Below the pieces are notes generated by a model that saw only the letters and a program-made list of their open reading frames with translations, was not told where the DNA came from and did no database searches. A program made the translations under genes and the position numbers. This document shows, piece after piece, positions 1-7,854 of a stretch of DNA of 24,000 nt. The stretch comes from Anaerolineaceae bacterium UBA1363 (GTDB lineage Bacteria > Chloroflexota > Anaerolineae > Anaerolineales > Anaerolineaceae). Where the stretch lies: positions 69,316 through 93,315 of the forward strand of contig DBRR01000030.1 in the NCBI GenBank assembly GCA_002306055.1, written 5' to 3'. Numbering within the stretch: the first letter of the stretch is position 1; each line of letters opens with the position of its first letter.

Positions 1-1197
1 GCGCTGCAGGTGGCTGAGACGGCTCGCCTGCTGCGGATCATGCTGCCAACAGTGATCATTTTCGGCATCAGCGGGTTAGTGATGGGTATGCTGAACGCGC
101 ACCAGGTGTTTTTATGGCCGGCGTTGGCACCGGCAGCCTATTCTTTGGGGATCATCCTGGGGGTATGGCTGCTGCCAGAATCCTGGGGGATCAACCGCCT
201 GGCGATTGGCACCGTGATTGGAGCAGGCGGGCATTTGTTACTGCAATTGCCGGTGCTGTTCCGCCTGCCTGCCCGGAAATATGAGCTTGCGGCAGGCTTT
301 AGGGATGCACCGGTGCGCAGAGTGTTGCGCCTGATGCTGCCGCGGATCTTCGGGGCAGGCATCGTGCAGTTGAACTTCGTGGCTAATACCATCATCAGCC
401 TCTCACTTGGCGCGGGCTCTGCCAGCGCGCTCACATATGCCTTCACGCTGATGCTGATGCCCCAGGCAGCGATTGCGCAGTCGGCTGGCACTGCCTCGCT
501 ACCGACGCTCTCGGCGCAGGTGGAACTGGGAAAATCTGACGATTTTCGCCAGACGCTGTCTGGGATCGTTCGGGTTATGCTTTTGCTGGCACTGCCCGCG
601 ACGATCGGGCTGGTCTTGCTGCGGGTGCCTTTGGTGAGGGTGTTGTATGAACGCGGCAGCTTTGATGCCACCTCCACACAGATGGTTGCCTGGGCGCTGC
701 TCTGGTATGCGCTGGGGCTGACCGGACACAGCCTGGTGGAAGTGCTGAGCCGCGCGTTTTATGCCATGCATGACACTAAAACCCCGGTGGTGGTTGGGGT
801 TATAGCAATGACCGGCAATATTTTGCTTTCGTTCGCCTTTTCACGGCTTTTTAGCCAGATCGGCTGGCTGCCACTCGGAGGGCTGGCTCTGGCGAATACC
901 GTGGCAACCGCAGTGGAAAGCCTGGCTTTAATGGCGATTATGCGCCGGCGTTTAAGCGGTGTCGGGGGAAAGCAAATCCTGCGGACGGGGGCTTTGGCTC
1001 TGGCGGCAAGCACAGTAATGGGTTTGGCGGTATTTGCATGGATGTCTTGGTCTGGAAGTTTGAACAAGTTCCTGGTGTTAGCTGTCGGCGTGGTGGTGGG
1101 GGTGGTGGTATACGCGGCAATGCTGTGGCTGCTGAAGGTCCCGGAGGCAGGCGCGATTTTACGACAAATCAAAGGTCGGCTGGCTCAAAAAGGCTGA
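1..1197 (+). CDS. murJ: Lipid II flippase MurJ/MviN, 5'-truncated by the window edge (C-terminal ~398 aa)
   Basis: Frame 1 is open from nt 1 (GCG CTG CAG precede the GTG at 10), so the gene enters from upstream. The product is a polytopic hydrophobic protein with MurJ/MOP-family hallmarks in the translation: LPRIFGAGIVQLNF, SLPTLSA and SRAFYAMHDTKTPV. Confidence 0.85.
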   Translation, partial: ALQVAETARLLRIMLPTVIIFGISGLVMGMLNAHQVFLWPALAPAAYSLGIILGVWLLPESWGINRLAIGTVIGAGGHLLLQLPVLFRLPARKYELAAGFRDAPVRRVLRLMLPRIFGAGIVQLNFVANTIISLSLGAGSASALTYAFTLMLMPQAAIAQSAGTASLPTLSAQVELGKSDDFRQTLSGIVRVMLLLALPATIGLVLLRVPLVRVLYERGSFDATSTQMVAWALLWYALGLTGHSLVEVLSRAFYAMHDTKTPVVVGVIAMTGNILLSFAFSRLFSQIGWLPLGGLALANTVATAVESLALMAIMRRRLSGVGGKQILRTGALALAASTVMGLAVFAWMSWSGSLNKFLVLAVGVVVGVVVYAAMLWLLKVPEAGAILRQIKGRLAQKG

Positions 1198-1227
1198 GAA
1201 TATTGCAGGATACATATTAGCAAAAAA

Positions 1228-2094
1228 ATGGCGGAACTCCCCTTTGCTTTTCAGCAAGAATTATCAGCACTCGGTTTAGGCGAGGAGGCTGAAGCTTCGG
1301 TCGCAGGCTTTGCCAGGCGGCACTTAAGCTGGATGGCAGACCTCGCTGAAAAAGCTTATGAGGGCGAAGGGCACGACTTCCCAATTTGTCGTTTGCATCC
1401 GCTGGGGAGGCTGGTAGTTATAGTCTGGAAGTTGGCTGAAATCCGGCGCAAATACGAGGCACTTGGCATCTCCGCGGAAATCATAAGGGATACATTCAGC
1501 GATATTTCCCTGCGGCAGCGTTTGTTTTACCAGAAAACCGGCAAGGTCGGGCTGAGCCGCGCGGATGGCATCTGGCTGCGGCACATTGCGAGCGCCCAGA
1601 TTTTTAAGCTGGGCGTACTGCAGTATCAGCCAATAAAGATGTTTTACCTGGAAAACTACGAAAACGGCAGTCCGTTTTTTGTCATTAGTGACGATCAGAA
1701 AGCCAAGCTGCCTGTGGGTACGCCTGTGGTAAATGTGCACATCCAGGCAGGGGCAGATTTGGCGGTAGAACGGGTGGCTGACTCGCTGCTGATGGCAAAA
1801 GATTTCTTCCCCCGGGTTTTCCCGGAGACGCGATTCCAAGCGTTAGTGTGTTATTCATGGTTATTGCACTCTGGGTTACAGGATCTCCTTCCTCCAAACA
1901 GCCGGATATTACATTTTGCGGAGAATTTTGAGGTGGTCAGTGAAACCGGGGATAATCGACAGGCAGTGGAACGCATCTTTGGTCGGCGCTACCGGCGGAG
2001 GGCGAATTATCCGCAGCAAACGAGCCTGCAGCGGAATGCCTTACGAGACCCTGCAAAGCTTGGTTATGCCCTTGGGATCATTTACCTGGATTGA
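1228..2094 (+). CDS. Hypothetical protein; possibly related to the 'acyltransferase domain-containing' family (N-acyltransferase N-terminal plus GNAT-like C-terminal domains)
   Basis: Clean 288-aa ORF with an ATG start, sitting between murJ and the convergent xse operon. It is soluble, with no TM segments. The C-terminal CYSWLLHSGLQDLLPPNSRILHFAENF segment resembles, from memory only, the GNAT-like C-terminal domain family. This is not verifiable here. Confidence 0.6.
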   Translation: MAELPFAFQQELSALGLGEEAEASVAGFARRHLSWMADLAEKAYEGEGHDFPICRLHPLGRLVVIVWKLAEIRRKYEALGISAEIIRDTFSDISLRQRLFYQKTGKVGLSRADGIWLRHIASAQIFKLGVLQYQPIKMFYLENYENGSPFFVISDDQKAKLPVGTPVVNVHIQAGADLAVERVADSLLMAKDFFPRVFPETRFQALVCYSWLLHSGLQDLLPPNSRILHFAENFEVVSETGDNRQAVERIFGRRYRRRANYPQQTSLQRNALRDPAKLGYALGIIYLD

Positions 2095-2121
2095 ATTGAG
2101 AACTGGCGGATTACAACCGAA

Positions 2122-2589
2122 TTAACTCCAGACCATAACCCACTGCATGGCGAGGGCGATCAGCGCGCCAAAAAGCACGCCTGCGGCCGCTTCGCCAGGG
2201 GTGTGACCGATAACTTCCCGCAGGTAGGAAGCATCGTTTTCCTCAAGTTTCTTTAACTTCAGCAGCTCGCGAGCGATCTGGTTGATGCGTTCAGCGTGAA
2301 AGCCTGCCTGCCGGCGTACACCCGTAGCATCATAGACAATGATGGAAGTAACGGCAACTGCCAGGGCGAAAATCGGGCTGCCCCAGCCGACGTTCAGCCC
2401 TATGGAAGTCGTAGTGGCAGTCATCAGTGAGGAATGCGAAGAGGGCATCCCTCCAGCGCTCAAAAGCAGCGTCCAGTCCCAGCGTTTGTGGCGCAGATAT
2501 TCCACGGGCATTTTGATCAACTGCCCCAGGATCCAACCAAGCATGGTTGAGATACCAACCGGATTCGTAAAGAAATCGAGAACACTCAC
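2122..2589 (-). CDS. Divergent PAP2 family membrane protein (DUF212, acid phosphatase/vanadium-haloperoxidase-related)
   Basis: Motifs GGMPSSHSS and VYDATGVRRQAGFHAE plus about 4 TM segments are typical of DUF212. The GTG start at 2589 overlaps the xseB stop (GTGA, 2586-2589). Confidence 0.8.
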   Translation of the reverse strand: MSVLDFFTNPVGISTMLGWILGQLIKMPVEYLRHKRWDWTLLLSAGGMPSSHSSLMTATTTSIGLNVGWGSPIFALAVAVTSIIVYDATGVRRQAGFHAERINQIARELLKLKKLEENDASYLREVIGHTPGEAAAGVLFGALIALAMQWVMVWS

Positions 2590-2807
2590 GCTGTTTCACC
2601 GTCTGTCATGGTGGTGTTGGAGGAGAGAGTCTCCACGCGCAGTTGGGCGGTCTCCAGTAGTTGGCTGCAGATGTCGCTCAGACGTTTGCCTTCTTCATAG
2701 AGTTTCAGGGCCTCCTCAAGCGGCAGTTCACTATTTTCGAGTTGGGTGATGATCTGCTGCAGTGAGGCAAATGCGGTTTCAAAACTGGGGGTTGGCTGGT
2801 CGGTCAT
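2586..2807 (-). CDS. xseB: Exodeoxyribonuclease VII small subunit
   Basis: 73-aa helical protein. FETAFASLQQIITQLENSELPLEEALKLYEEGKRL matches the XseB signature. Its ATG overlaps the xseA stop (ATGA at 2804-2807). Confidence 0.9.
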   Translation of the reverse strand: MTDQPTPSFETAFASLQQIITQLENSELPLEEALKLYEEGKRLSDICSQLLETAQLRVETLSSNTTMTDGETA

Positions 2808-4036
2808 GGTATGTCTCCTGAAATGGTTGCGGCGACTTTCCCATCGCTCAACTGGATCTGGATGGATTGATTTGGGCTGATTTGATTGCGGCGTGAAATC
2901 AGTTGGTGGGTTTGGGCATCGCTGACGATGGCAAAGCCGCGCCTGAGCACTGCCATGGGGCTGACACTCTCCAGGCGGGCAATCTGGTTCTGCAATTTGA
3001 GTTGATGCTGGGATAGATAGTGGCTCATGGCGCGCTCGAGACGCTCCCGTGTTTCATCCAGGAATTGGAGGTAGGTACGCACTCGCTGAGCGGGAGAGTG
3101 GCGCAGCAGGCGATTTTCTGCCAGCAGGAGGTCCTGGCGCAGGCTCGCTATTTTGTTCTTGAGGCTGAGGCTGAGACTTTGCTGGATGGAGAGGAGTTCA
3201 GCAGCCAGATCAGCACTGGTAATAGGGGTGGCAAGCTCAGCGGCGGCTGTGGGGGTAGGGGCGCGCAAGTCGGCAGCGAAATCGGCAATGGTGAAGTCCG
3301 TTTCGTGCCCCACGCCAGAGATGACAGGCACACGCGAGGCACGGATGGCATAGGCAACGGATTCGTCGTTGAATGACCACAAGTCCTCAATGGAGCCGCC
3401 ACCACGGGCAAGGATGATCAAATCAAGATCGGGCAAGGAGTTGAGGGACTGGAGAGCAGCGACGATGCCTGCAGGCGCTTCAGCACCCTGAACGGGCGTC
3501 GGGGCGAGCGTGACGCGCACCAGGGGCAAGCGCCGGCGCAGGGTATTTAGGATGTCCTGCAGGGCAGCGCCGCTGGGGGAGGTGACGACGCCGATATGGC
3601 GTGGAAATTGAGGCAGTGGGCGTTTCAACTCAGCGGCAAACAGCCCTTCCGCTTCAAGGCGGGCCTTGAGGCGCAGGAATTCCTGGTAGAGCTGACCTTC
3701 TCCAACCGGCTGCATTTCGTCGATGTAGAGCTGCACCTGCCCACCAGCGGGATAGAAGCTCATTGCGCCATGGGCTTCCACGCTCTGCCCATCCTTGGGG
3801 TTGAACCGTAAGCCGAAGGTCTGGCTCTTCCACATCACGCAGCGCAACTGCGCTTCACTATCTTTGAGGGTGAAGTAAAGGTGACCGGAACGCGGTTGGC
3901 TGAAGTTGGAAATTTCTCCCCGAACCCAGACATCGCGCAGAATTTCATCCGTCTCGAGCAACTCGCGCAGGTAGTTGCTAAGAGCGGTGACGGTAAAAAC
4001 CAACGGTTGAAGCGGCGGAAAGTCGAATTCGAGCAT
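2804..4036 (-). CDS. xseA: Exodeoxyribonuclease VII large subunit
   Basis: 410 aa. The N-terminal OB-fold region (VSALSNYLRELLE..VWVRGEISNF..SGHLYFTLKD) and the catalytic core (VVTSPSGAALQDI, ARGGGSIEDLW.FN, PVISGVGHETD) are classic XseA. Confidence 0.93.
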   Translation of the reverse strand: MLEFDFPPLQPLVFTVTALSNYLRELLETDEILRDVWVRGEISNFSQPRSGHLYFTLKDSEAQLRCVMWKSQTFGLRFNPKDGQSVEAHGAMSFYPAGGQVQLYIDEMQPVGEGQLYQEFLRLKARLEAEGLFAAELKRPLPQFPRHIGVVTSPSGAALQDILNTLRRRLPLVRVTLAPTPVQGAEAPAGIVAALQSLNSLPDLDLIILARGGGSIEDLWSFNDESVAYAIRASRVPVISGVGHETDFTIADFAADLRAPTPTAAAELATPITSADLAAELLSIQQSLSLSLKNKIASLRQDLLLAENRLLRHSPAQRVRTYLQFLDETRERLERAMSHYLSQHQLKLQNQIARLESVSPMAVLRRGFAIVSDAQTHQLISRRNQISPNQSIQIQLSDGKVAATISGDIP

Positions 4037-4222
4037 GGATTAAAGTATACGCCAATTGAGGGTTTAATCGATGTTTTTAATTTGGGGTCAAGGGATGCGG
4101 AAACCGGCGGGAACAATAATCGTGGCAGGGTGTTTAGACAGATATGCTTGTTTACACATTATCCGAGGTGATTGTTTGCTGTCTTCAGGGCAGACACGCC
4201 CCATACTTACCATAAGACCATC

Positions 4223-4246
4223 GTAGGGAACAGGCCTGCCTGTTCC
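4223..4246 (+). repeat. GTAG-headed REP-like hairpin: GTAG-GGAACAGG-cctg-CCTGTTCC
   Basis: Perfect 8-bp stem and 4-nt loop directly after GTAG. It is 23/24 identical to the minus-strand copy at 19042-19065. Confidence 0.7.
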
Positions 4247-4261
4247 TCAACCCAACAACCC

Positions 4262-4290
4262 TTGAAAAAATAGAACAAACGTGCTAATAT
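4262..4290 (+). promoter_or_regulatory. Near-consensus sigma70-type promoter (TTGAAA-17 bp-TGcTAATAT) with no annotated gene downstream
   Basis: -35 TTGAAA (4262-4267), a 17-nt spacer ending in TGc (extended -10), and -10 TAATAT (4285-4290). It points into a 400-bp ORF-poor, structured region. Confidence 0.4.
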
Positions 4291-4375
4291 ATAAATACTT
4301 GTCTCTATTTGCATTCCGGCACATTAACAAATACGGTAATTGCAGTCAAACCGCCCTCCTGCGCCGTCAAAAAGC

Positions 4376-4403
4376 ATTGCAATTATTGCAATTATTGCAA
4401 ATT
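4376..4403. repeat. Three phased 9-bp units ATTGCAATT / ATTGCAATT / ATTGCAAATT, each centred on palindromic TTGCAA
   Basis: Read directly from the sequence. The TTGCAA cores are spaced 9 bp apart. This could be an operator-like array or simple slippage. Confidence 0.6.
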
Positions 4404-4712
4404 GTTTCTCAGTTTTCCACTTAGGGAACCCATTACAAATCAGGGCATGTGGGGACCGCTTGCAGTGGATGAGGCATGCTATGGTTAAGCTTTTCCCTCA
4501 CCCCGGCTGCGCCGACCCTCCCCTGGGGGAGGGCAGAGGAATACCGGCTACGGTGACCTTCACTCCCTTTCGCTTTGCTACGGATGCATCCCGCGAGAGG
4601 AGGCTTTGCCCGCCATCGACATTACCACGAATGTTGAAGAGGTAGGGGTTACCCAGACCAGAGGAGACTTGGTAGTCTCATTACCCTGACGGGCATTTTG
4701 TCCGACCGGTAA

Positions 4713-5426
4713 CTAAGCAGACGTGTCGGTTGTTTGTTCCTGTTCGTGTGCCTGGTCAGGGCTTGGCTCCGGGTAGTCATTTTCAACCAAACTATCCATG
4801 TTAGTCGGTACCTGTGGGGCGTCTGCCTGGAAGTTGTCGCCAGAGCGGCCGATGAGGTGGACCAGGCTAAAGATGGCAAAGACAGCCAGGAAAGCGATGC
4901 CGATGATTGAGAGCCATACAAATTCATCATTCCCAGTTGTGTCGAGGAGGTAAGGTAAAAAGGCATCTTTGAGATTAGGGAATTCCTCCGTGAGAGCCTG
5001 CAGCACCTGGGTGTTTTCTTCATCCGTCAACCTGACAATCTTGCCCGTGACCGGACCAGGTTGGATGTTATCGCCCTTCCCGGGGCCTGGATATTTTGCC
5101 AACAAAAGGCGGTCCTCAAACAGCAGGGCATAATACGAATGGATGATTTTCTCGCTGCCGTCTTCTTGTTTTTCAAAATAGTAGAAATTGGTATCCAGAG
5201 CCACATTGGGATGAGTTCTGACGGAAGTGAGGAAGGTGTCACCCGGTCCTTGATACGAAATCAACTCCTCCGCGGTAACATCGAAGGGTCCTGCAAAATG
5301 GTTGTAGAGCGATTTAATGCTGAATGCCACCATGAGTGCGAAAAGCAGGATGGCAATTGCGGCTGTGATGACCGCAGTGAGATTGGTGCTTTTGGCTGCT
5401 TTTTGGACGGTTGAAGGTTGTTCCAT
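4713..5426 (-). CDS. Hypothetical two-TM membrane protein with an extracytoplasmic ~130-aa domain and an acidic C-terminal tail
   Basis: The ORF track starts at a TTG (5456) that lies inside a TATAAT box. The internal ATG at 5426 is preceded by GAGGAG (5433-5438) with a 6-nt spacer, so I prefer 5426. TM1 is AVITAAIAILLFALMVAF and TM2 is FVWLSIIGIAFLAVFAIFSLV. I recognise no family. Confidence 0.7.
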   Translation of the reverse strand: MEQPSTVQKAAKSTNLTAVITAAIAILLFALMVAFSIKSLYNHFAGPFDVTAEELISYQGPGDTFLTSVRTHPNVALDTNFYYFEKQEDGSEKIIHSYYALLFEDRLLLAKYPGPGKGDNIQPGPVTGKIVRLTDEENTQVLQALTEEFPNLKDAFLPYLLDTTGNDEFVWLSIIGIAFLAVFAIFSLVHLIGRSGDNFQADAPQVPTNMDSLVENDYPEPSPDQAHEQEQTTDTSA

Positions 5427-5455
5427 GGATGGCTCCTCATTGGGTGGGTAAGGCA

Positions 5456-5485
5456 ATTATACAACCTGTGATTTTAGGGTGTGCA
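5456..5485 (-). promoter_or_regulatory. Putative promoter of the membrane-protein gene (-10 TATAAT, weak -35 TGCACA at 18-bp spacing)
   Basis: On the minus strand, TATAAT occupies 5461-5456, 30 nt upstream of the preferred ATG at 5426. The -35 matches consensus at only 4/6 positions. Confidence 0.35.
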
Positions 5486-5552
5486 TTGAGTATCGCAACC
5501 TGGTCTCTTTCATGTAAAATACAGTGTGGTCACGATTCTGCGGAGATTGGCG

Positions 5553-7388
5553 ATGAAAGTCATGAGAGTCAAGTTCAAGCATGGTTTATTGCTTTTATTG
5601 GTGGTAATACTGGCTGCCAGTTCCTGTGCTGCCCCGAATGGAAGTGGTGGGGGAAAACTGCAGGTGACCGCCAAGCACCCGGATATGGGCATTCAGCAGG
5701 GTCAGGTCTTTGATTTGGAGCTGCAACTTTCCAACCCCGACACGATCAATGCCACCGTGCAGGAAATCCGCTTTGAAGCCAATTTTTTCGAATGGGCGAG
5801 CTACGAGGGTTCCATCCCGCCGTTGAGCATGGAACAGCAAGCAAATGGTGATGGCGTTATCAAGCTGGATATGACCATTGCTCCGACAGGGATTGAAGAC
5901 TTCGTCTTTCGATTCAGGGCCAATAAGAGTGGCGATGTGCAGGGTAATTGGCAGGTTGTTTCGGGTTCAACAATAACCGCAATTGAGACCAGGATGAAAA
6001 TAACTGGTACCACCCCCACAGGTTGGGAACCAGGAGTCTCTCCGGAAGAGCAAGCTCCTGACCTCGGCGCCATCCCCTATCAGGCGGTGGTGCAGGTCAC
6101 CGCTTTTGTCGATGTTGATGGCGAATCTGTTCCACGCTGGACTGGCTCGGGAACCATCATCAGCCCGGACGGATTAATACTGACCAATAATCACGTTGTC
6201 AGCTCAACCAGGTATGAGGAGGTCGTGGCACTGCTTGTCTCGCTGACCGTTGCCCAGGACCAGCCGCCAGTGGATAGTTACTACGCTCACGTAGTTCAGG
6301 CGGATGCGCTGATGGATCTGGCGGTTATCAAACCAGCCTGGGACATGCAAGGCAACCCGCTGGATTACAGCCTGCTCAAGCTTCCCTTCGTGCCTCTTGG
6401 CGACTCGGACACACTGGATCTGGGCGAGTCGATCGTGATCCTTGGCTATCCGGTTATCGGGGGCGGAACGATCACGCTCACCAGAGGTGAGGTCAGCGGT
6501 TTTACTTCCGAGGAGCCTTTTGGCAACCGGGCGTTCATCAAAACCAGTGGGACGATCGCCGGTGGGAATTCGGGTGGATTGGCGGTCAATTCACAGGGGC
6601 AAATAATCGGGATACCAACCCAAATGGGTTACGGAGATGCAACGCTTGATATTGTGGATTGCCGACCCGTGCGGGATACCAATCGCGATGGTTACATTGA
6701 TGAGAACGATGATTGTGTGCCGACGGGTGGATTTATCAATGCCCTGCGCCCGATCAATCTCGCAAAAGATATGATTGAGGCTGCCAAGCGGGGTGAAGTG
6801 GCTATCAACACCGGGGAAAGCCCGAACGTGGTCTATCAAGGCACTGGAGAGGTCATTTTTGAGGATGATTTTTCCAATGCGGATAGTGGTTGGCTGAACA
6901 CTGCTGACGCAGATGGAAAGCGGACTTACGAAAATGGTGAATACTCAATTGAAGTGATCTCGCCGATGTATTGGTATTGGTCGGATCAGTACTTTCCTTA
7001 TGATGCCCTGATGGCTGAGGCAGATGTGCGCGTAGTGAAATCGGTAGGTGATGCCGACTACGGATTTGTCTGCGGTATGCAGGATGATAAGAACTTCACA
7101 GCACTTGAAATCAGCGAGGATGGTTACTTTACGATCTGGAAGCAAGTTGGTGATGAATTTTCGACCCTGATTGACTGGACCTACAGCGAACAACTGGCAG
7201 GGCCTGGTCCTTACCACCTGGCAGCCCAATGCAGCCGGGAAAAACTAATGCTGGCAGTGGATGGCATTTTGTTAGGGGAAGTTCAGGACCCGGATTTTTC
7301 GCCTGGCAGTTTTGGTATGATAGCTGGAACTTTCGAAACCGGTGGGTTTAAGGTTTCATTTGATAATTTGATCATCATGATCCCCTGA
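5553..7388 (+). CDS. Secreted (probably lipoprotein) trypsin-like S1 serine protease with an N-terminal beta-rich domain, an EF-hand-like insertion and a C-terminal lectin/glucanase-like domain
   Basis: The preferred start is the ATG at 5553, with GGAG 7 nt upstream; the track start at 5526 is a GTG with no RBS. The signal peptide ends in LAASSC, which is lipobox-like. The catalytic triad context is TNNHVV (His), MDLAVIK (Asp) and GNSGGLAV (Ser). DTNRDGYIDEND is bracketed by two Cys. The last ~180 aa (FEDDFSNADSGW...FDNLIIM) look like a concanavalin-like beta-sandwich. Confidence 0.85.
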   Translation: MKVMRVKFKHGLLLLLVVILAASSCAAPNGSGGGKLQVTAKHPDMGIQQGQVFDLELQLSNPDTINATVQEIRFEANFFEWASYEGSIPPLSMEQQANGDGVIKLDMTIAPTGIEDFVFRFRANKSGDVQGNWQVVSGSTITAIETRMKITGTTPTGWEPGVSPEEQAPDLGAIPYQAVVQVTAFVDVDGESVPRWTGSGTIISPDGLILTNNHVVSSTRYEEVVALLVSLTVAQDQPPVDSYYAHVVQADALMDLAVIKPAWDMQGNPLDYSLLKLPFVPLGDSDTLDLGESIVILGYPVIGGGTITLTRGEVSGFTSEEPFGNRAFIKTSGTIAGGNSGGLAVNSQGQIIGIPTQMGYGDATLDIVDCRPVRDTNRDGYIDENDDCVPTGGFINALRPINLAKDMIEAAKRGEVAINTGESPNVVYQGTGEVIFEDDFSNADSGWLNTADADGKRTYENGEYSIEVISPMYWYWSDQYFPYDALMAEADVRVVKSVGDADYGFVCGMQDDKNFTALEISEDGYFTIWKQVGDEFSTLIDWTYSEQLAGPGPYHLAAQCSREKLMLAVDGILLGEVQDPDFSPGSFGMIAGTFETGGFKVSFDNLIIMIP

Positions 7389-7396
7389 GGTGAACC

Positions 7397-7807
7397 ATGC
7401 GCATGAAAACGTTGACAATCCATCACCTGGTGAAAGGGGAAGACCTTAACCACCACAGGACATTGTTTGCTGGAAGAGGCGCAGAATGGCTGGTGGAGGC
7501 GGGGTTTATCGCTGCGGCTGATCTGCTGCCGCCACAATACGTGCTCTGCCTAAAGATTCATGGCATGACCTTCCAACGACCGGTAAAACCGGGAGAAGTC
7601 GTGCGATTTGACTCGAAAATCGTGCTGACCGGACGGTCTCGTCTGATAGCCTACGTCCGCGCCACCACCAAGGAAGAACTGACGGTGGATGGATTCCTGA
7701 CTTTTGTGTACGTGGACGACCAGAGCAAGTCGCGCCCTCACGGAATCACCATCGAAGCAGAAACGCCGGAGGAGATTGAGCTGCAGGAACGTGCAAGCCA
7801 ACTTTAG
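7397..7807 (+). CDS. Acyl-CoA thioesterase, hotdog fold (YciA/4HBT-like)
   Basis: 136 aa. EDLNHHRTLFAGRGAEWL matches the DxN-HG-LFGG thioesterase motif. The GAGGTG RBS (7388-7393) precedes the ATG. Confidence 0.8.
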   Translation: MRMKTLTIHHLVKGEDLNHHRTLFAGRGAEWLVEAGFIAAADLLPPQYVLCLKIHGMTFQRPVKPGEVVRFDSKIVLTGRSRLIAYVRATTKEELTVDGFLTFVYVDDQSKSRPHGITIEAETPEEIELQERASQL

Positions 7808-7854
7808 GAAGTGCCAGGTTTCTCTGTGGTCGGCTTAAAGGTGATCAGGCTGTT

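Noticed and set aside
4186-4202. Possible third copy (minus strand) of the GGGGCGYGGCAGTCYGCA repeat seen at 18836 and 19201
   Set aside because: Only the first 8 nt (GGGGCGTG) match and the rest diverges, which is too short to call.
4560-4620. Minus-strand resemblance to a c-di-GMP-I (GEMM-I) riboswitch (GGGCAAAGCC ... GUAGCAAAGCG)
   Set aside because: Only two short A-rich motifs are vaguely similar. I could not build the expected P2/P3 helices or the tetraloop/receptor. The downstream minus-strand gene (xseA) starts more than 500 nt away and is not a plausible target.
4340-4645. 101-aa plus-strand ORF in the xseA-upstream gap
   Set aside because: It has a TTG start with no RBS. Its translation (…FPHPGCADPPLGEGRGIP…) is what GC-rich palindromic repeats produce. 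Its composition is unlike neighbouring genes. It is better treated as non-coding sequence, possibly RNA.
4037-4712. Known housekeeping ncRNAs (RNase P, tmRNA, SRP/4.5S, tRNA) in the long gap
   Set aside because: I looked on both strands for GAGGAAAGUCC, for a GGGG...-type tmRNA 5' end with a tRNA-like 3' end, for GGAAGCAGCC and for GGTTCGA(A/T)TCC-type T-arms. None was present. This does not exclude divergent or novel RNAs.
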